64,000 nt of DNA from an uncultured Mucispirillum sp. (GTDB lineage Bacteria > Chrysiogenota > Deferribacteres > Deferribacterales > Mucispirillaceae), in the NCBI GenBank assembly GCA_944324495.1, contig CALUWN010000003.1, positions 20,204-84,203 on the forward strand, written 5' to 3'. Under the pieces are notes generated by a model. That model did not search any database, was not told the DNA's origin, and saw only the letters and a list, made by a program, of their open reading frames with translations. Made by a program: the position numbers and the translations under genes. Of the stretch, positions 10,011 to 20,591 are shown one piece after another; the stretch's first letter is position 1, and each line of letters starts with the position of its first letter.

Positions 10011-10271
10011 ATGGCTCACAAGAAAGCAGGCGGTAGTTCAAGAAACGGTAGGGACAGCCATTCCAAAAGACTTGGTGTTAAAAAGTTTGGTGGCGAAGCG
10101 GTTAAAGCTGGTAATATTATAATCCGTCAACGCGGTACAAAATATAAACCGGGTGAAGGTGTTGGTATTGGTAAAGACGATACATTATTTGCACTTATTC
10201 CGGGTTTTGTTAAATTCGTCGACAAAGGCAGACTTGGTCAGTTTGTTACAGTAGTAGAAAAAGCATCTTAA
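10011..10271 (+). CDS. rpmA: 50S ribosomal protein L27
   Basis: [17 protein letters not shown]-terminus typical of L27. Lies immediately after rplU. Confidence 0.95.
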   Translation: MAHKKAGGSSRNGRDSHSKRLGVKKFGGEAVKAGNIIIRQRGTKYKPGEGVGIGKDDTLFALIPGFVKFVDKGRLGQFVTVVEKAS

Positions 10272-10296
10272 TAAAATATTACCATGTATTTGGTTT

Positions 10297-10324
10297 AAGC
10301 CGGTTTATAAGCCGGCTTTTTTTA
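10297..10324 (+). terminator. rho-independent terminator after rpmA
   Basis: AAGCCGG (10297-10303) pairs with CCGGCTT (10312-10318), followed by a T-run. Confidence 0.7.
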
Positions 10325-10343
10325 TTTCAAAAGAGTTATAATT

Positions 10344-11372
10344 ATGAAATTTATTGATACAGCATCTATAAAATTAAAAGCAGGAAAAGGCGGTGACGGC
10401 TGCATCAGCTTCCGCCGTGAAAAGTATGTTCCAAAAGGCGGCCCTAATGGTGGCAACGGTGGTAATGGGGCAAGTATTTATTTTATTGGTGATAAAGCTC
10501 GCCATACACTTATGGATTTTAGATATAAAGCAGTATATAAAGCAGAAGATGGTGAAAAAGGTAAGGGAAGCGATATGCACGGCAGGGCTGGTGAAGATTT
10601 AATACTTCCTGTCCCACTTGGCACTATTATAAGAAATGCTGAAACTGGTGATATTATAGCAGATATTACAATTCATGGTGATAAGGTGCTTGTAGCCCGT
10701 GGTGGCAGAGGTGGTAGAGGAAATATGTGCTTTGCAACCCCTGAACAGCGTGCTCCACGATATGCAGAAGACGGAAAAGAAGGGGAAGAGTTAGAAGTAG
10801 AATTAGAATTAAAACTTTTAGCTGATGTGGGTATTATCGGTTTTCCTAATGCTGGCAAATCTACTTTTATTTCTGTTGTTTCTGCTGCGAAACCAAAAAT
10901 TGCTGATTATCCTTTTACTACTCTCACACCTAATTTAGGGGTTATAAAAGACGGCCATGGTGGCAGCTTTGTTATTGCTGATATGCCGGGGTTAATTGAA
11001 GATGCTCACACAGGCTCAGGGCTTGGGCATCAGTTTTTACGTCATATTGAAAGGACATCTATTCTGCTTCATTTTATTGATTCATCAAGTGAAGAATCTA
11101 TGGTTAAACGGTATGAAACAATACGCAGAGAGCTTACTTTATATAACAGTGGCTTAGAAGATAGAACTGAAATAATTACAGCTACTAAGATGGATTCCTG
11201 TAATGAAGAAAATTTAAAAGAATTTGAAGAATATGTACAAAAAAATAATCTTATTCTTTATAAAATTTCTGCAATAAGCCATAATGGTACTAAAGAATTA
11301 ATAGAGTTTGTTTCAGATAAAGTTGATAAATTTAGAAAAGAGTATGAAGCAGATAGCACAGATAATCAATAA
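10344..11372 (+). CDS. obg: GTPase Obg/CgtA
   Basis: Glycine-rich Obg fold (GKGGDGCISFRREK, GGNGGNG, GGRGGRGN). G-domain motifs GFPNAGKST and DMPG. Canonical rplU-rpmA-obg order. Confidence 0.93.
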   Translation: MKFIDTASIKLKAGKGGDGCISFRREKYVPKGGPNGGNGGNGASIYFIGDKARHTLMDFRYKAVYKAEDGEKGKGSDMHGRAGEDLILPVPLGTIIRNAETGDIIADITIHGDKVLVARGGRGGRGNMCFATPEQRAPRYAEDGKEGEELEVELELKLLADVGIIGFPNAGKSTFISVVSAAKPKIADYPFTTLTPNLGVIKDGHGGSFVIADMPGLIEDAHTGSGLGHQFLRHIERTSILLHFIDSSSEESMVKRYETIRRELTLYNSGLEDRTEIITATKMDSCNEENLKEFEEYVQKNNLILYKISAISHNGTKELIEFVSDKVDKFRKEYEADSTDNQ

Positions 11373-11793
11373 CAACAATAATGTTGCTGTTAAACAAATG
11401 AAGCATATTTATAATATATGGTATTCATCTGTAATTGATGAAATAAAGGAAGTTACTACACCATATGATTATAACCCATATGAAAAACAGCTTGTTGTAT
11501 TAGTACATGATAATATGTGGTACAGCGAAATGCGGTATATGGAAGAAGAGTTTATAGAGCTTCTAAATAATAACAATCTGGAACTAAAAAAAATAGTTTT
11601 TAAATATAAGCCAAAATATGAAAAGGTTGAAAAAAATACACTTATTAATTATAATATAACTCAAAGGGCAGAAAATTATATTAATAATACTGCCTGTAAG
11701 TTTGATAATAAATTAATGGAAGAATATTTTAGACAGTATCTTACTAATTTCTTTCATTATACAAATTTTAATCAATGGATTATAAAAGGATAA
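11344..11793 (+). CDS. DUF721 / DciA-like protein
   Basis: Pattern W-x3-V-x5-V-T-x-P ... LVVLV-x4-W-x2-E-x(n)-LKKIVFKY resembles DUF721. The start is ambiguous (11308, 11344 or 11398); 11344 overlaps the obg end by 29 nt. Confidence 0.45.
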   Translation: MKQIAQIINNNNNVAVKQMKHIYNIWYSSVIDEIKEVTTPYDYNPYEKQLVVLVHDNMWYSEMRYMEEEFIELLNNNNLELKKIVFKYKPKYEKVEKNTLINYNITQRAENYINNTACKFDNKLMEEYFRQYLTNFFHYTNFNQWIIKG

Positions 11794-11797
11794 TAGT

Positions 11798-12322
11798 ATG
11801 AAACTTGAAATAAAAACATTTCCTAATGAAATATTACGCCAAAAAGCAGAGCCTGTTACAGAGTTTAATGAAGAACTGCATACTCTTTTAGATAATATGC
11901 TTGAAACTATGTATGATGCTAAAGGGCTAGGGCTTGCAGCACCTCAAGTTGGGCTTTCATTAAGGCTTTTTGTACTTGATGATATGCCAGAACCAAATAA
12001 AAATAACCCTATGGAGATTATTAATCCAGAGTTTATTGAAAAAGAGGGTGAAATACTAGAAGAAGAAGGCTGCCTTTCTATTCCCGGGGAATATGCTTTT
12101 GTTAAAAGGTATATGAAAGTAAAAGTAAAATATCAAGATAGATATGGCAACGAAAAGATAATTGAAGCAACTGACAGGCTTTCCCGTATATTGCAGCATG
12201 AATCAGACCATTTAGAGGGCACTCTTTTTATTGACAGGCTGCCAAACACTAAAAGAGAAACTATTAAAAAACATATTAAAAAAAGAATTAATAATGGTGA
12301 TTATAAAGTTACTGATGAATAA
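11798..12322 (+). CDS. def: peptide deformylase
   Basis: All three PDF motifs are present: GLGLAAPQVG, EGCLSIPG, HESDHLEG. Confidence 0.95.
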   Translation: MKLEIKTFPNEILRQKAEPVTEFNEELHTLLDNMLETMYDAKGLGLAAPQVGLSLRLFVLDDMPEPNKNNPMEIINPEFIEKEGEILEEEGCLSIPGEYAFVKRYMKVKVKYQDRYGNEKIIEATDRLSRILQHESDHLEGTLFIDRLPNTKRETIKKHIKKRINNGDYKVTDE

Positions 12323-12328
12323 ACTTAA

Positions 12329-12356
12329 ATGGAGAGAGTTTTCTCTCCATTTTTTA
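12329..12356 (+). terminator. rho-independent terminator after def
   Basis: ATGGAGAGA (12329-12337) pairs with TCTCTCCAT (12342-12350), followed by TTTTT. Confidence 0.75.
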
Positions 12357-12472
12357 TTTATTATAAATAGTAAATTCTAAAAACGATTGCAACAAATTAA
12401 GCGCTGTATAAGTTCTCATAAAAAATATCATTAGCTTAATTTTAATTAAATAATCTATTTAGTCTATAATAT

Positions 12473-12505
12473 AAAAAACCCTGCATAATATAAAATGCAG
12501 GGTTT
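12473..12505 (-). terminator. rho-independent terminator after ccsBA (minus strand)
   Basis: AAACCCTGCAT (12476-12486) pairs with ATGCAGGGTTT (12495-12505). On the - strand the hairpin is followed by a U-run (A-run 12473-12478). Confidence 0.7.
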
Positions 12506-12528
12506 GGTGGAGTTATAATTATTAGTTA

Positions 12529-15327
12529 TTATTTATTTTCTTCTTTTTTACTTTCAAGCTCTGGAGTATTTAAGTTTCTTTTAAAGTATGATAATACTAT
12601 TAAAATAATATGAACAGCTACCATAAAATATAAGAATGTTGGTATAGGTACTGGTTCACCAGAAGCGTAAGAGTGTTTACCACTTAAATAGAAGTTTACA
12701 CCAAAATATGTCATTAATACTGCATAAAAACCTAATGTTGATGCTACTGAAAAAATGTATGGTGTATTAAATCTTTTAATTAACCTTACATGGAGTACAA
12801 CAGTATATGCTACAATTGTGATTAATGACCAAGTTTCTTTTGGGTCCCATCCCCAGTAACGGCCCCAACTTTCGTTAGCCCATACGCCGCCTAAAAATGT
12901 ACCAATAGTTAGTAAGCCTAAGCCTAATATTAAGCTTATTTCGTTTATGGCATTAATATTTAATATACTTTGGTCTATATGTTTTCTTTTATCACTGCGG
13001 AGTATAAAAAGAACAAGTGCTACAACACCAAGCACAAGAGATAAACCAAAAAAGCTGTAACTTGCTGTAATAACTGATACGTGTATATTTAACCAGTATG
13101 ATTTAAGAACTGGTACAAGTGTACCGATTTGTGGGTCCATAAACCCTAAGTTTGCTACAAATAATGTAATACCTGCAACAAAATTAGTAGCAGATACTGA
13201 AAGCAGTGATTTTCTAAAGAATATAAGCCCTGCTGCTGCACCTGCCCATGCAATATATATCATAGATTCATAAGCGTTACTCCATGGTGCATAGCCTGCT
13301 ATATACCACCTGCTTATTAAACCTAATGTATGAAGCACTACAGCAATAATTGATAATATAAATAATATTCTGCCTGCAATCTTATTTACTGGTTTGTTTT
13401 TAAGTATTGCTGTTAATACAAACCCAAATAATATTATACCTAAAAGTACATAAACGAATGTTAAGTTTTTAAATGGGTTGTAGTTATTCATTAATATTTC
13501 TACAAATATTTTACCGTTTGACGGCACAAGATAATGGCCGTGAGTTTTTTGGTATTCTTTAATATCAGCTAATGCTTTATCAGCCTGAGCCCAGTTATTA
13601 TCTGCTAAAGCAGAATTAATACCTGAAAAATATGACTGCATAATGTTTTTCACTTGAGTTGCATTATCTGTATCAAAAGTAGATATTGCCACTCCCGGAG
13701 TTACAAACCCAGTAGAATTGCCTGTAATATCAGGTATAATCATAAACATATTAGAATCATATACGTAATTTGCTATTCCCATACGTTCATTGAATTTTAA
13801 TAACTCTTTTTCAAACTTATTTCTGTTATATGGGCTTACCTGATTTGCTCTGTTTACTGCATCAATTAACTTATATTTTCCTGTTGCATCAAAAATATCA
13901 TTAAATGAAGCAAATTCTTCTTCAAGTGGAATACCTAAAAGCATTCTTAATTCTTTTGATTTAACAGGGAACATTTTCATGCTTTTAAAATAATCGCTGT
14001 ACATCATCATGCCTAAAAATACTTCCATATGGTTCATGCCTTTGTATTCTTCTTTTCTAATTAATTTATGAAGAATATCAAGTGCTAAAGTATCAAGAGG
14101 TTTTATTCTGCCTTGAGTATCTTGCACTAATATTTTTGCTGCTTCTTTTGAGTGAGGCCCCATTTTTGTTTTAATACTTTCTATTAAAGCATCAATTTCC
14201 TGCTGGCTTACTACTGCTGTATGATTTGCGTGAGCATCACCTTCCTGAGCATAAGCATGGTTTGCTGTCATTAATAATACTGAAGAAATAGCAGCTATAA
14301 ATATATATAAGTTTTGCTTTTTAAGATATTTGCCTAACTGCCAAATTCTGCTATATTTACCAAAGAAACTCCATACAAAACCAACTGTTAATAAGAAATA
14401 ACCTAAATATGTTGGAAGTTTACCCGGGTCTTTATTTACACTTAATATTGTGCCTTGCTCATCTGGGTCATAAGATGATTGGAAAAATCTGTAACCTTTG
14501 TAGTCTAATACGTTATTCATAAATATCTCATAGTCAAACTGTGTGTTATCTTCACTGTTTTCAACTTTAATAATTGATTTATATGATGAAGGGCTTTTTG
14601 AACCCGGATATCTTGTTACTATAAAATCTTCTAAATAAATTTTAAAAGGCATAATAAGCTGAGATGGACCCCATACAAAACTAAACTTTGCATCACCTAA
14701 TTCAACCATTTGGCCAAGCTGTGCATCAAGATAGCTTCTTGGAATAGTTATTTGCTTATTAACATTATTATAGGATGTAGTTAAGGTGATTGTGTCTATA
14801 TTATCTCCATGGCCTTTATGATATCCATCAAATTTAACAGTTAATGGCTTACCTTTTAATGTAATGCTTTCATTAAAATGAGTCTGCGTAACAGGGTTAT
14901 ACCTAACAGGTATATTATAAAAATAAACTTCGCCATCAATTTCAGCATGAATGTTTACATATTCTTCTAATGTAATAATGCTGTTTGATGAACCACCTTC
15001 ACGGATATGCACCATACCCTCAAACCCAAAAAATCTAGTAATTGCTGCACCTAATAATATAACGATAAATGATACGTGTAATATTATGCTGTAATATTTC
15101 TTGGATTTCCATACTTTCCTATCAATAAAAACACCTATTAAATTTAAAAGTAATAGGAAGTGGACTATATTAAAAAGAGCTGTCCTATAAATTAAATCTT
15201 GTGCTGCCTGAGTGCCATAGGCTGCATCTGCTTCAATAAACGTGGCTATTGCACACAATATGCCATAAATTGCAAGCAGTATTAAGGTAACATAAACCGA
15301 ACAAAATAACTTAATAGCTTTTTTCAT
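12529..15327 (-). CDS. ccsBA: fused cytochrome c biogenesis protein CcsBA (ResB + CcsA, System II)
   Basis: ResB-like N-terminus (MKKAIKLF...TFIEA, large periplasmic region). CcsA-like C-terminus with the Trp-rich WGRYWGWDPKETW motif. The Met at 15327 fits a ResB N-terminus; the track ORF extends to 15444. Confidence 0.85.
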   Translation of the reverse strand: MKKAIKLFCSVYVTLILLAIYGILCAIATFIEADAAYGTQAAQDLIYRTALFNIVHFLLLLNLIGVFIDRKVWKSKKYYSIILHVSFIVILLGAAITRFFGFEGMVHIREGGSSNSIITLEEYVNIHAEIDGEVYFYNIPVRYNPVTQTHFNESITLKGKPLTVKFDGYHKGHGDNIDTITLTTSYNNVNKQITIPRSYLDAQLGQMVELGDAKFSFVWGPSQLIMPFKIYLEDFIVTRYPGSKSPSSYKSIIKVENSEDNTQFDYEIFMNNVLDYKGYRFFQSSYDPDEQGTILSVNKDPGKLPTYLGYFLLTVGFVWSFFGKYSRIWQLGKYLKKQNLYIFIAAISSVLLMTANHAYAQEGDAHANHTAVVSQQEIDALIESIKTKMGPHSKEAAKILVQDTQGRIKPLDTLALDILHKLIRKEEYKGMNHMEVFLGMMMYSDYFKSMKMFPVKSKELRMLLGIPLEEEFASFNDIFDATGKYKLIDAVNRANQVSPYNRNKFEKELLKFNERMGIANYVYDSNMFMIIPDITGNSTGFVTPGVAISTFDTDNATQVKNIMQSYFSGINSALADNNWAQADKALADIKEYQKTHGHYLVPSNGKIFVEILMNNYNPFKNLTFVYVLLGIILFGFVLTAILKNKPVNKIAGRILFILSIIAVVLHTLGLISRWYIAGYAPWSNAYESMIYIAWAGAAAGLIFFRKSLLSVSATNFVAGITLFVANLGFMDPQIGTLVPVLKSYWLNIHVSVITASYSFFGLSLVLGVVALVLFILRSDKRKHIDQSILNINAINEISLILGLGLLTIGTFLGGVWANESWGRYWGWDPKETWSLITIVAYTVVLHVRLIKRFNTPYIFSVASTLGFYAVLMTYFGVNFYLSGKHSYASGEPVPIPTFLYFMVAVHIILIVLSYFKRNLNTPELESKKEENK

Positions 15328-15539
15328 ATGCGGTATAACTCCTGTATTGTATTTAGTATGGTATATTATATCCCATAATATCCCTATAATTTCAAAATAA
15401 AATATCATAGTTATTTCTAATACTGCAACGGTAAATTTTCGCATTAATGGTGAAATTGTATAGATTTATTAATTAATATACAAATTCCTTGAAACATATA
15501 ATAATTTATTCTTATTATTGTGAAGAAATTATGGTGTGT

Positions 15540-16310
15540 TTACCTGAAATTTTCTTTTATTATGCTGTTTTTCCGTTGAAGCTCGCATAATAGGGCTTCT
15601 TTTTCTTCCCTATTAAATCTATCTTCATATTTTTCATAAAAGTTTTTTAAAATATTATACCTTATATATTCTATATGGTTTATGGCTGCACTTAAGCTGT
15701 TTTCTTCTATGGCTCTTTTTATAATTAAATTTTTATCTAAATATCCTATTTCATAATGTAAAGCAAACCTAAGGGAAATTTCGTAATCTTCGCATACATC
15801 AAGTGTTTCATCAAATAAACCACACTTTTCAAATACTTTTCTTTCAACTATTAATGATGAGGGGCTTACCCTGCATTTATCAAGTATTTTATCTAATATT
15901 TTTCCGCCGTATCGTTTGCTTTTTTTATTCTGATTAATAAATCTGTCTTTCTTATACCAAAACTCATTTGTATGGCTTATTTGATAATTATTTTCTTTCA
16001 TAAAATTTATCTGCAATTCAAGTTTTTCAGGCAGAAAAATATCATCAGAATCTAAAAATGCAATATATTTACTACTGCTTTCAAGTATTCCAGTATTACG
16101 TGAGGCACTAACGCCCTTATTTTTTTCATGGCGTATTATTTTTATATGATTTTTATAGTTTTTAAGAATATCTTTTGCTTGAAAAAAAGAACCGTCATCA
16201 ATAATAATTATTTCAGACGGTTTATATGTTTGAATAAGTACGCTTTCTACAGCATCTCTTAAAGAATAATCCCTATTATATACTGGAATAATAACAGATA
16301 CATCATCCAT
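15540..16310 (-). CDS. family 2 glycosyltransferase
   Basis: VSVIIPVYNR, IIIDDGS and LDSDD motifs of GT-A/GT2 enzymes. Confidence 0.8.
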   Translation of the reverse strand: MDDVSVIIPVYNRDYSLRDAVESVLIQTYKPSEIIIIDDGSFFQAKDILKNYKNHIKIIRHEKNKGVSASRNTGILESSSKYIAFLDSDDIFLPEKLELQINFMKENNYQISHTNEFWYKKDRFINQNKKSKRYGGKILDKILDKCRVSPSSLIVERKVFEKCGLFDETLDVCEDYEISLRFALHYEIGYLDKNLIIKRAIEENSLSAAINHIEYIRYNILKNFYEKYEDRFNREEKEALLCELQRKNSIIKENFR

Positions 16311-16319
16311 TATATTAAA

Positions 16320-16769
16320 CTATACCTTGTGAACTCTGTTTACCATTGTGGAAAATACTAAAATAGTATTGGTGCTTGCAACACCCGGAAGCTCCCTTAA
16401 CTTACGAATAATACCTGCTAATGTATTAGTATTTTTTGTGATAACTTTTAATAATAATGTAAAATCTCCTGTAACGTGGTAACATTCTACAATATCTTCA
16501 TCAACATTTTTAAATACATTTTCAAAATCATCTATGTAAACTGGGTTATCCATAACAACACCGATAAATGCTACCATATCATAACCCATTTTTCTATAAT
16601 CTACCCTGGCAGTGTAATCATAAATTAAACCATCCATTTCCATTTTTTTAATACGGTCAATAACGGAAGGTGGTTTCATGCCTACTTCTTTTGCAATATC
16701 TGTATATGATATTCTGCCGTTTTCAATAAGCATGTTTAATATTTGAACGTCAATAGAGTCTAATGCCAT
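16320..16769 (-). CDS. Lrp/AsnC family transcriptional regulator
   Basis: 149 aa with an N-terminal HTH (LDSIDVQILNMLIENGRISYTDIAKEVG) and a C-terminal RAM/AsnC ligand domain. Confidence 0.85.
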   Translation of the reverse strand: MALDSIDVQILNMLIENGRISYTDIAKEVGMKPPSVIDRIKKMEMDGLIYDYTARVDYRKMGYDMVAFIGVVMDNPVYIDDFENVFKNVDEDIVECYHVTGDFTLLLKVITKNTNTLAGIIRKLRELPGVASTNTILVFSTMVNRVHKV

Positions 16770-17005
16770 ATTACACCTCTCCTTTCTTTGATTTTATGAA
16801 TATAATCTATTTTTTTTACTTTTTCAAGTAATTAGTTAATTATTTTTAATATTTTACATAATTTTTCATAAATTTTTATTTTTTTAAGGCAGCATTAATT
16901 TTTGCCTATATACTGTTATTTTATATGTAAAATGTGAGTGATGTGATTAAATTTCTTGATTTTAATAGAGAAAAATATTATCAATATAACTTGCGAGGTG
17001 ATTTT

Positions 17006-17881
17006 ATGAATATTGTAATGCAGACAGAGTTTCCTGATTTAAAACTTATAGGCAGAGGAAAAGTTAGAGATATTTATGATTTAGATGATAAACTTTTAAT
17101 TGTTTCAACTGACAGGCTTTCTGCTTTTGATGTTATTTTACCAGAAGGCATAGAAGGCAAAGGAAAAGTATTAACTGCTCTTTCAAAATTTTGGTTTGAT
17201 AAAACAAGCCATATTATAGATAATCATCTTATTACTACAGATGTTTCAAAAATGCCAGAAGTATGCCAAAAATATAAAGATGTGCTTGAAGGTAGAAGTA
17301 TGCTTGTTAAAAAAGCAAAACCTCTCTTAGCAGAGTGCGTGGTACGTGGCTATATTACAGGCTCTGGTATGAAAGATTACTTAAAAACTGGTGCAGTATG
17401 CGGAATAAAACTTCCTGCAGGGCTTAAAGAGGCAGATAAATTACCTGAGCCAATATTTACTCCATCTACTAAAGCAGATGTTGGCCACGATGAAAGTATT
17501 TCTTTTGAAAAAATGTGCGAAATAGTTGGCAGTGACTATGCTAAACAAATGAGAGATTATACTATTGCTATTTATAAATTTGCTTCAGAGCTGGCTCTTA
17601 AAAAAGGTATTATTATTGCAGATACTAAACTTGAATTTGGGCTTTATGATGGCAAAGTTATATTAATAGATGAAGTATTAACTCCTGATTCATCTCGTTT
17701 TTGGTTTGCTGATAAATACACTCCGGGCAAAGTGCAGGATAGTATGGATAAACAAATAGTTAGAAACTATCTTGAAACTTTAGACTGGAACAAACAGGCT
17801 CCGGGACCTGTGCTTCCTAAAAATATATCTGATGAAACATCTAAAAGATATAAAGAAATTGCTGAACTTTTAACAAAATAA
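17006..17881 (+). CDS. purC: phosphoribosylaminoimidazole-succinocarboxamide synthase
   Basis: Long-form SAICAR synthetase similarity ([37 protein letters not shown]). GAGGTG SD precedes ATG 17006. Confidence 0.9.
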   Translation: MNIVMQTEFPDLKLIGRGKVRDIYDLDDKLLIVSTDRLSAFDVILPEGIEGKGKVLTALSKFWFDKTSHIIDNHLITTDVSKMPEVCQKYKDVLEGRSMLVKKAKPLLAECVVRGYITGSGMKDYLKTGAVCGIKLPAGLKEADKLPEPIFTPSTKADVGHDESISFEKMCEIVGSDYAKQMRDYTIAIYKFASELALKKGIIIADTKLEFGLYDGKVILIDEVLTPDSSRFWFADKYTPGKVQDSMDKQIVRNYLETLDWNKQAPGPVLPKNISDETSKRYKEIAELLTK

Positions 17882-17908
17882 TATTATAAAATTTTGAGGT
17901 AATATTTA

Positions 17909-19678
17909 ATGGGTGATATTTTAAATTCTAATATTTATGATAAGTTGAAAGAGTCTGGTCTTAAAATATATAACAATGAAACTGAAGGTATTGAAATTAA
18001 AATACACCCACATTACCATAATAATACTGGTTTTTTCCATTGTTTTATGGATGAATGTGAGTTTATTATATTAAAAGGTCAGTATCAGGATAATATCCGC
18101 AATATAAAAGGCAGGCATAACCTTTCTAATGCTGAAATTTCTGAATTAATTGATACAATATTTAAAGCAGAAACTATCACTCTTTCCACATTATATATGG
18201 AAGTCTATTTATTAGAAGATAAATGCCTTATTAAAAAAGCAGAGATATTTAATGTTGAACCATTAAGTGATGATAAAAGGGACTATACTATTCCACGTCC
18301 ATTAACTTCTGCTGAATGTGCTGAGCCAAAATCTAGGATATATGATGAAGAAATTATTTTATCAAACACATACTTTGGCTCATATTTTCCACAGGTTTCA
18401 TCATATTTTTCATTTTCAATATTTAATGAACTTTTAGATATATTAAACCCTATTTTTATATCATGTAATTTAAAAACATCATCACCTTCAATTGTACCAG
18501 CCTATGGCAGGCTTTTTATAAATATGACAGGCTTTGAAAAAATGATGCATACAATAGGGCTTAACAGGTCACTTTATAGAAGGTCATATGCTCCAAACCT
18601 TTTTCTAAAAATGGGGCTTTCCAAAATGGATAAAATAAACAGGCACTTTTTCCCTGTTACATATAATGAAATAGAAGATGTATTAAATAATATAAAAGAA
18701 AATACAGCATCCATTGATGCTTCCATGGTTACAAATAAATCTTTTTATGATTTTATAGTACAACTGATGATAGTTTATGAATACTTAACTATTGAATTTA
18801 CAAGCAACTTATCTATATTACTAAAAAAGTTCCCAAATATTTCATTGATTTTAAATGCTGTATATAAAACTAGAAAAAACTCTATTTTTTATAAAGATAC
18901 AGAATTTAATTTTCCAAGATATATTGATTTTGCAGCTCCTATGGAAAAAGTTACATTTAATATGGAAGAAAAGGTTGAAAAATTAAGCCTTCATTTTAAA
19001 AGGTTTTCAATATTTACAAGAAAAGGTAAACTAAAAAAAGCTGTAAAAAATATGCATAAGCTGCTTGATTTAAGGGATGATTTATTTATTACAACAGCTA
19101 AGTTTATTGAAAATACAAAAATTGCTTTAAAAAATATTGCAGAAATAGGTATATCTAATGAACGGTTATTTTCAGAAAATGATGTTTATTTTTTAGACCA
19201 TGATGAGATACGCAGATTACTTTCAAATACTTTATTTGGTGATACTAAAGATTTAATAACTTTTAGAAAATGGCGTAATGAAAGGTTTGCGGCTTTAAGC
19301 TGTCCTCCTGAAATATATGGCTATGATTTAGCAGATGTAGCACATATTGCAGAAGATATGATTATAAAAGGGCAGCAGCAGGAAGCCTATAGAGTTTACG
19401 GGCTTAATAGAATAGAATGCAGTGGAAAAATTGAAACAAACCTTAATTTAGATGATTATACAGATAAAATTATTGCAGCATACAATCTGCCTGTTACAAA
19501 ACTTAATAATTATAAAAATGCAAAAGGGTTTTTAATAGAAAATGTTTCACCATTTTCTCATGCTGCAGAATTTGCCGTATTAAATAATATACCTTTATGG
19601 ACAGGGCACAGGTTTAGTGCTCTTTACTTGAAAAATGTGGCTATAGAAAAAAATACACTTTTCCAAATAGATGAGTAA
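17909..19678 (+). CDS. hypothetical protein with a C-terminal PEP-utilising-enzyme mobile (swivel His) domain-like segment
   Basis: The C-terminal GFLIENVSPFSHAAEFAVLNNIPLWTG resembles the G-x(n)-S-H-A-A-I-x-A-R-E-x-x-I-P phospho-His swivel motif. The N-terminal 450 aa is not recognisable and shows no clear ATP-grasp motifs. Confidence 0.4.
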   Translation: MGDILNSNIYDKLKESGLKIYNNETEGIEIKIHPHYHNNTGFFHCFMDECEFIILKGQYQDNIRNIKGRHNLSNAEISELIDTIFKAETITLSTLYMEVYLLEDKCLIKKAEIFNVEPLSDDKRDYTIPRPLTSAECAEPKSRIYDEEIILSNTYFGSYFPQVSSYFSFSIFNELLDILNPIFISCNLKTSSPSIVPAYGRLFINMTGFEKMMHTIGLNRSLYRRSYAPNLFLKMGLSKMDKINRHFFPVTYNEIEDVLNNIKENTASIDASMVTNKSFYDFIVQLMIVYEYLTIEFTSNLSILLKKFPNISLILNAVYKTRKNSIFYKDTEFNFPRYIDFAAPMEKVTFNMEEKVEKLSLHFKRFSIFTRKGKLKKAVKNMHKLLDLRDDLFITTAKFIENTKIALKNIAEIGISNERLFSENDVYFLDHDEIRRLLSNTLFGDTKDLITFRKWRNERFAALSCPPEIYGYDLADVAHIAEDMIIKGQQQEAYRVYGLNRIECSGKIETNLNLDDYTDKIIAAYNLPVTKLNNYKNAKGFLIENVSPFSHAAEFAVLNNIPLWTGHRFSALYLKNVAIEKNTLFQIDE

Positions 19679-20591
19679 TATGATAAAAAAAATTACTACT
19701 TTTATATTTTTTACCTTTTTATCTTTTAATGGGTATGCATCTAATGCACTATACACTCCATATGAAGGGCTGGACTTTAAGTACAGGTGGTTAGATACTG
19801 CAAAACATGATACCCATGCCATAGAAATTTCAGGGCTTCATACAAGTACGCCTCATCAATTTGGTTATGAGTTTCAACAGATTTTAGGTGATGATACTCT
19901 TACTAAACTTGGGCTTACATATGCTTATAAAGCAGGCAGCCACTGGGCAGGTTTTGGGCTTTCTTCAAATAGTGATAAACCGCTGACTTCATTAAACTTA
20001 ATTGATTTTGATGTGTTTTATGCTTTTAAAGTGTTTCAACACGTAACAGAGTATGAAAATATTAATGGAAAAGCTTTAGCCTATTATTCAAGGCTTTATT
20101 TAGGGCTTGAATATTCTACTAACAGGTTATTTTTAGATGGTTATCCACTGCCTGTTATAAGGTATGAGTATTCTAAACCGGGGCTTGATGTTATATTTGG
20201 GCTTCCTTTAACATATATAAAAGTAGATTTTTTAAAGTACAGCTCCATAGAGTTTAAATACGTGCCTATACTTGACATATTTTTTTCTTATAATCTTGGT
20301 ATTAATAAAAATAATATGCTGCAGTTTCAAGCAGAAATGGAAAACGATATGTATAAACTTTCTAATATAGTGAAAGATGTTTATTTTTCTGAACAGGAAA
20401 AGTATTACACAGATACTGTATCTATAAGGTTTAGATATTCTGTAACAATAAAAGATACAGTACGTATAAGCCCATTTATTGAGTTTATTGCAGACAGCCA
20501 CAGGTATAATTCAAAAGAAATAAAACTTTTTAGTAATTCATCAACAGGTATTGGTTATTCTGCTGGTATAAATATTACTGCGTTTTTTTAG
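19671..20591 (+). CDS. putative outer-membrane beta-barrel protein
   Basis: Signal peptide (KKITTFIFFTFLSFNGYA), alternating hydrophobic beta-strand pattern, and a C-terminal aromatic signature ...GINITAFF. Overlaps the upstream gene by 8 nt and ends 7 nt before dnaA. Confidence 0.5.
   Translation: MSNMIKKITTFIFFTFLSFNGYASNALYTPYEGLDFKYRWLDTAKHDTHAIEISGLHTSTPHQFGYEFQQILGDDTLTKLGLTYAYKAGSHWAGFGLSSNSDKPLTSLNLIDFDVFYAFKVFQHVTEYENINGKALAYYSRLYLGLEYSTNRLFLDGYPLPVIRYEYSKPGLDVIFGLPLTYIKVDFLKYSSIEFKYVPILDIFFSYNLGINKNNMLQFQAEMENDMYKLSNIVKDVYFSEQEKYYTDTVSIRFRYSVTIKDTVRISPFIEFIADSHRYNSKEIKLFSNSSTGIGYSAGINITAFF

Noticed and set aside
9018-10019. Minus-strand ORFs 9018-9437, 9650-9892 and 9813-10019
   Set aside because: They are antisense to the secreted repeat protein and to rplU/rpmA, whose identities are unambiguous.
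15328-15444. 39-codon N-terminal extension of ccsBA in the track ORF
   Set aside because: The extension is hydrophobic filler with no SD. MKKAIKLF at 15327 gives a typical ResB N-terminus. The extension is kept only as an alternative.
16770-17005. Possible purine riboswitch or other leader upstream of purC
   Set aside because: The spacer is almost pure A/T. It has no conserved purine-riboswitch core and no convincing multi-stem structure, only a short AGGCA/TGCCT hairpin.
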